From: a candidate division WOR-3 bacterium
GTDB taxonomy: Bacteria; Hydrothermota; Tepidihabitantia; Tepidihabitantales; Tepidihabitantaceae
Direction: 5' to 3'
Assembly: GCA_965648935.1 (NCBI GenBank)
Contig: CBFGIY010000058.1
Coordinates: forward strand, 1-15,339
Length of the DNA: 15,339 nt
Positions 12,813 to 15,339 of the stretch are shown piece after piece (within the stretch, counting starts at the first letter, position 1; every line of letters starts with the position of its first letter). A model generated the notes under the pieces. That model ran no database searches, was not told the DNA's origin, and saw only the letters and a list, made by a program, of their open reading frames with translations. Made by a program: the position numbers and the translations under genes.

Positions 12813-14063
12813 CTAGAGCCCGTACTTCTCGACTATCTGGTCCTTGGTCTTGTGCAGGATGCCGTACTTCTCGCCGACCTTCTTGAACGCGGCAATGGCC
12901 CGGTCGATATGCTCGCGCTCGTGGGCCGCCGACAGCTGCACGCGAATGCGGGCGAGGCCCTTGCCGACTACCGGGTAGAAGAACCCGATGACGTAGATGC
13001 CCTCGCTGTACATGTCGCGCGCGAAGTCCTGGGCCAGCTTCGCGTTGTAGAGCATTATCGGCACGATCGGGTGCACGCCCGGCCGGATGTCGAACCCGGC
13101 CTCGGTCATTGCCTTGCGGAAGTACATCGTGTTGTTCTCGAGCTTGTCGCGCCGCTCGGTCGACTTCGACAGAAGGTCGATGATGGTGATTGCCGAGTAG
13201 GCGATCACCGGCGGCAGCGTGTTCGAGAACAGGTAGGGCCGCGACCGCTGGCGCAGTATCTCCACTATCTCCTTGCGTGCCGCGGTGAAGCCGCCGGACG
13301 CCCCGCCGAGCGCCTTGCCCATCGTCGAGGTGATGATGTCGACCCGGCCCATCACGCCGCAATGCTCGTGCGTGCCCTTGCCGTGCTTGCCCATGAACCC
13401 GGTCGAGTGCGAATCGTCGACCATCACGAGGCAGTCGTACTTCTCGCACAGGTCGCAGATCTCCTTCAGCGGCGCCACGTCGCCGTCCATCGAGAACGCG
13501 CCGTCGGTGGCAAACACGCGGAACCGCGCCTTCTGGACCTCGTCCGACTTCAGCTTCTCCTCGAGGTCGGCCAGGTCCATATGCTTGATGATGTAGCGCT
13601 TCGCCTTGGACAGCCGAATGCCGTCGATGACCGAGGCATGGTTGAGCGCGTCGGTCAGGATGGCGTCCTCTTCCTTGAACAGCACCTCGAACAGTCCGCC
13701 GTTCGCGTCGAAGCAGGACGAGTACAGGATGCAGTCGTCCATTCCGAGGAAATCGGCGATCTTGCGCTCGAGCTGGCGGTGGATGTCCTGGGTGCCGCAG
13801 ATGAACCGCACCGAAGAAAGCCCGTAGCCCCAGTCGTCCAGCGCCTTGTGCGCCGACTTCACGGTTTCGGGGTGGCTGGAAAGACCGAGGTAGTTGTTCG
13901 CGCAGAAATTGAGCACTTCCTTCTGGGGCGCGCCGGCCGGGAACTCGACCTTGATGTCGGCGCCCTGCGGCCCGTAGATGTAGCGCTCCTGCTTGTAGAG
14001 TCCGGCCTCCTGCACGCTCTTCAGTTCGGCCTGCAGGAAGTCCTTCATCTTTGTATAGGCCAT
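12813..14063 (-). CDS. kbl: Glycine C-acetyltransferase (2-amino-3-ketobutyrate CoA ligase), PLP-dependent class II aminotransferase fold
   Basis: Motifs [76 protein letters not shown] (PLP lysine), [12 protein letters not shown] and [22 protein letters not shown]. Confidence 0.95.
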   Translation of the reverse strand: MAYTKMKDFLQAELKSVQEAGLYKQERYIYGPQGADIKVEFPAGAPQKEVLNFCANNYLGLSSHPETVKSAHKALDDWGYGLSSVRFICGTQDIHRQLERKIADFLGMDDCILYSSCFDANGGLFEVLFKEEDAILTDALNHASVIDGIRLSKAKRYIIKHMDLADLEEKLKSDEVQKARFRVFATDGAFSMDGDVAPLKEICDLCEKYDCLVMVDDSHSTGFMGKHGKGTHEHCGVMGRVDIITSTMGKALGGASGGFTAARKEIVEILRQRSRPYLFSNTLPPVIAYSAITIIDLLSKSTERRDKLENNTMYFRKAMTEAGFDIRPGVHPIVPIMLYNAKLAQDFARDMYSEGIYVIGFFYPVVGKGLARIRVQLSAAHEREHIDRAIAAFKKVGEKYGILHKTKDQIVEKYGL

Positions 14064-14109
14064 CAGCAGTCCTCCTTAAGTGAAATTGTGGTCCCTGTGT
14101 TTGCCGAGG

Positions 14110-14772
14110 TCACGCGCCGGCCGCGCGTTCCTCGCTCACGATCGCTACCCCGGAACTGGTACCCAGCCGGGTCGCGCCGGCCGCGAGCATCGCCCGCGCC
14201 GTCGCCAGGTCGCGGATGCCGCCCGAGGCCTTGACGCCAATGCGGCCGCCGCTCGCCTCGACGAGCAGCCGGACGTCTTCGACCGTCGCCGCCCCGCCGG
14301 AGAAACCGGTGCAGGTCTTGACAAACGCCGCGCCGGCGTCGACGACCAGCCGCGCGGCCGTCTCCTTCTCCTCCAGCGTGAGCAGCGCCGTCTCGATGAT
14401 GACCTTCACCGGCCGGCCCGCGGCCGCGGCCACCACCGCCTCGATATCCTCGCGCACCGCCGAGTTCCGGCCCGACTTCAGCCAGCCGATGTTCATCACC
14501 ATATCCAGCTCCTCGGCCCCGGCCGCGAGTGCCAGCCTGACCTCGGCCGCCTTGGCCCAGGTCAGTGTCGCCCCCAGCGGGAAACCCACGACCGTGCACA
14601 CCTTCACGCCGGACCCGGCCAGCCAGCGCCGCGCCGGCTCGACATGACAGCCGTTCACGCAGACCGCGAAAAAGCGGTGCTGCCGCGCCTCGCCGCACAG
14701 ACGCTCGATCTGGCCGAGCGTCGCGTCCGGCTTCAGCAGCGTGTGGTCGATGAAACGTCCGATGCCTTCCAT
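14110..14772 (-). CDS. deoC: Deoxyribose-phosphate aldolase (220 aa)
   Basis: Motifs IDHTLLKPDAT, VCTVVGFPLGA, GAEELDMVMNIG, VKVIIETALL, FVKTCTGF (Schiff-base Lys), VKASGGIR and RLGTSSG. ATG 14772 was chosen because the longer track start at 14835 would run through the promoter. Confidence 0.93.
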   Translation of the reverse strand: MEGIGRFIDHTLLKPDATLGQIERLCGEARQHRFFAVCVNGCHVEPARRWLAGSGVKVCTVVGFPLGATLTWAKAAEVRLALAAGAEELDMVMNIGWLKSGRNSAVREDIEAVVAAAAGRPVKVIIETALLTLEEKETAARLVVDAGAAFVKTCTGFSGGAATVEDVRLLVEASGGRIGVKASGGIRDLATARAMLAAGATRLGTSSGVAIVSEERAAGA

Positions 14773-14800
14773 TACCGTTCCGGCCCTTTCGGGGTCGGGA

Positions 14801-14828
14801 ATTCTACCCCAAGTCGCAAGCCTGTCAA
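14801..14828 (-). promoter_or_regulatory. Sigma70-type promoter for deoC-kbl: TTGACA-N16-TAGAAT
   Basis: -35 at 14823-14828 and -10 at 14801-14806, with the -10 box 28 nt upstream of the deoC ATG. Confidence 0.75.
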
Positions 14829-14832
14829 TCCG

Positions 14833-14859
14833 CACGGGGCGCGTGGAGCGCGCCCCGTG
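14833..14859 (-). terminator. GC-rich 11-bp hairpin downstream of the small lipoprotein gene
   Basis: CACGGGGCGCG-TGGAG-CGCGCCCCGTG, 27 nt after the stop at 14887. No U-tract. Confidence 0.5.
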
Positions 14860-14886
14860 GTTGAGCTTCCAGCCGGGTGCGGCCCG

Positions 14887-15162
14887 CTAGCGGACCGCGG
14901 AAACCGGCCGCGCCGCCAGACGATACGCCGGAACCGGCTGGGCGGCGAAAGGCGCCAGAAGCATGCCGGGCTGCGCCAACACCAGCGCGTTCGCGATCAT
15001 CCGGGCCAAACCGGGCCTCGGCATGCCGTCGACCTGCCGCGCCGGCAGGTCGATTACTGTGCGCGGGCGGCAGTCCACCGCGTAGTTTCCGCCCATCCCC
15101 ACGCCGCACGAGGCCAATCCTATACCTGCGAGCACCATCAGAGAAACAATCCAGCGCAACAT
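14887..15162 (-). CDS. Small putative lipoprotein/exported protein (91 aa), function unknown
   Basis: RBS GGAGG (15168-15172) 5 nt before ATG 15162. N-terminus MLRWIVSLMVLAGIGLAS|C has a lipobox. It has a candidate promoter upstream and a hairpin downstream. No family was recognised. Confidence 0.55.
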   Translation of the reverse strand: MLRWIVSLMVLAGIGLASCGVGMGGNYAVDCRPRTVIDLPARQVDGMPRPGLARMIANALVLAQPGMLLAPFAAQPVPAYRLAARPVSAVR

Positions 15163-15229
15163 CTCAACCTCCAAGTCGAAGACATCTCAAAACAAATCAC
15201 CTTGTACCCCACCTACCTAACTTTGGACG

Positions 15230-15257
15230 TTAGACTTCGCCCGGCAGGCTCAGGTTC
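15230..15257 (-). promoter_or_regulatory. ECF sigma (RpoE/AlgU-like) promoter candidate: GAACCT-N16-GTCTAA
   Basis: -35 at 15252-15257 and -10 at 15230-15235, close to the sigmaE consensus GAACTT-N16-GTCnAA and followed by a relatively AT-rich leader. Confidence 0.5.
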
Positions 15258-15294
15258 TCGTCCACAGGCTCTGCCTGCCGACCCGCCGCCCAAC

Positions 15295-15323
15295 GCAGCA
15301 CCGACGGCCAATGCCGGTGCTAC
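15295..15323 (-). terminator. 11-bp hairpin, possibly the 3' end of a gene outside the window
   Basis: The minus strand reads GTAGCACCGGC-ATTGGCC-GTCGGTGCTGC with two G-U pairs. A TAG at 15333-15335 just upstream could be the preceding stop codon. Confidence 0.35.
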
Positions 15324-15339
15324 CCCGGGACGCTAAGCG

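Noticed and set aside
12813..14063. Alternative annotation as BioF or serine palmitoyltransferase
   Set aside because: [20 protein letters not shown] and [12 protein letters not shown] are Kbl-type signatures.
14773..14835. 21-aa N-terminal extension of DeoC given by the track
   Set aside because: It overlaps a strong promoter (14801-14828) and a hairpin. DeoC homologues start a few residues before IDHT.
3318..15336. Long plus-strand ORFs (3318-4817, 5155-6849, 8534-10183, 12750-14234, 14080-15336 and others)
   Set aside because: They are antisense shadows of well-supported minus-strand genes, caused by high GC at third codon positions. They are Arg/Val/Gly/His-rich with no motifs or RBS.
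1..15339. CRISPR arrays, tRNA/rRNA, transposases, integrases or defence genes
   Set aside because: No regularly spaced DNA repeats, cloverleafs or recombinase/nuclease motifs were seen. Intergenic gaps are short and accounted for.

Overview
High-GC bacterial window in which every real gene lies on the minus strand. The gene content (PorV-family barrel, T9SS/FlgD-type C-terminal domains, tandem CARDB-like repeats) points to an FCB-superphylum diderm such as candidate division WOR-3; this is an inference, not a database result. In transcription order (right to left): a small putative lipoprotein behind an ECF-type promoter; deoC and kbl; a tightly coupled five-gene envelope operon (350-aa lipoprotein, TonB-dependent receptor, ~980-aa FN3/T9SS-CTD protein, PorV-like barrel, clostripain/C11 protease with CTD); and a separately promoted secreted beta-propeller + tandem CARDB protein that runs off the left edge and is missing from the ORF track. 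The best candidate for an undescribed system is the SusD-less TBDR/T9SS-cargo/PorV/protease operon. Other signals: enrichment of the Bacteroidota O-glycosylation motif in exported proteins only, an EF-hand loop in the TBDR, three sigma70-like promoters that all have 16-nt spacers, and two structured ~130-nt leaders. No rRNA, tRNA, CRISPR array or mobile element was seen.
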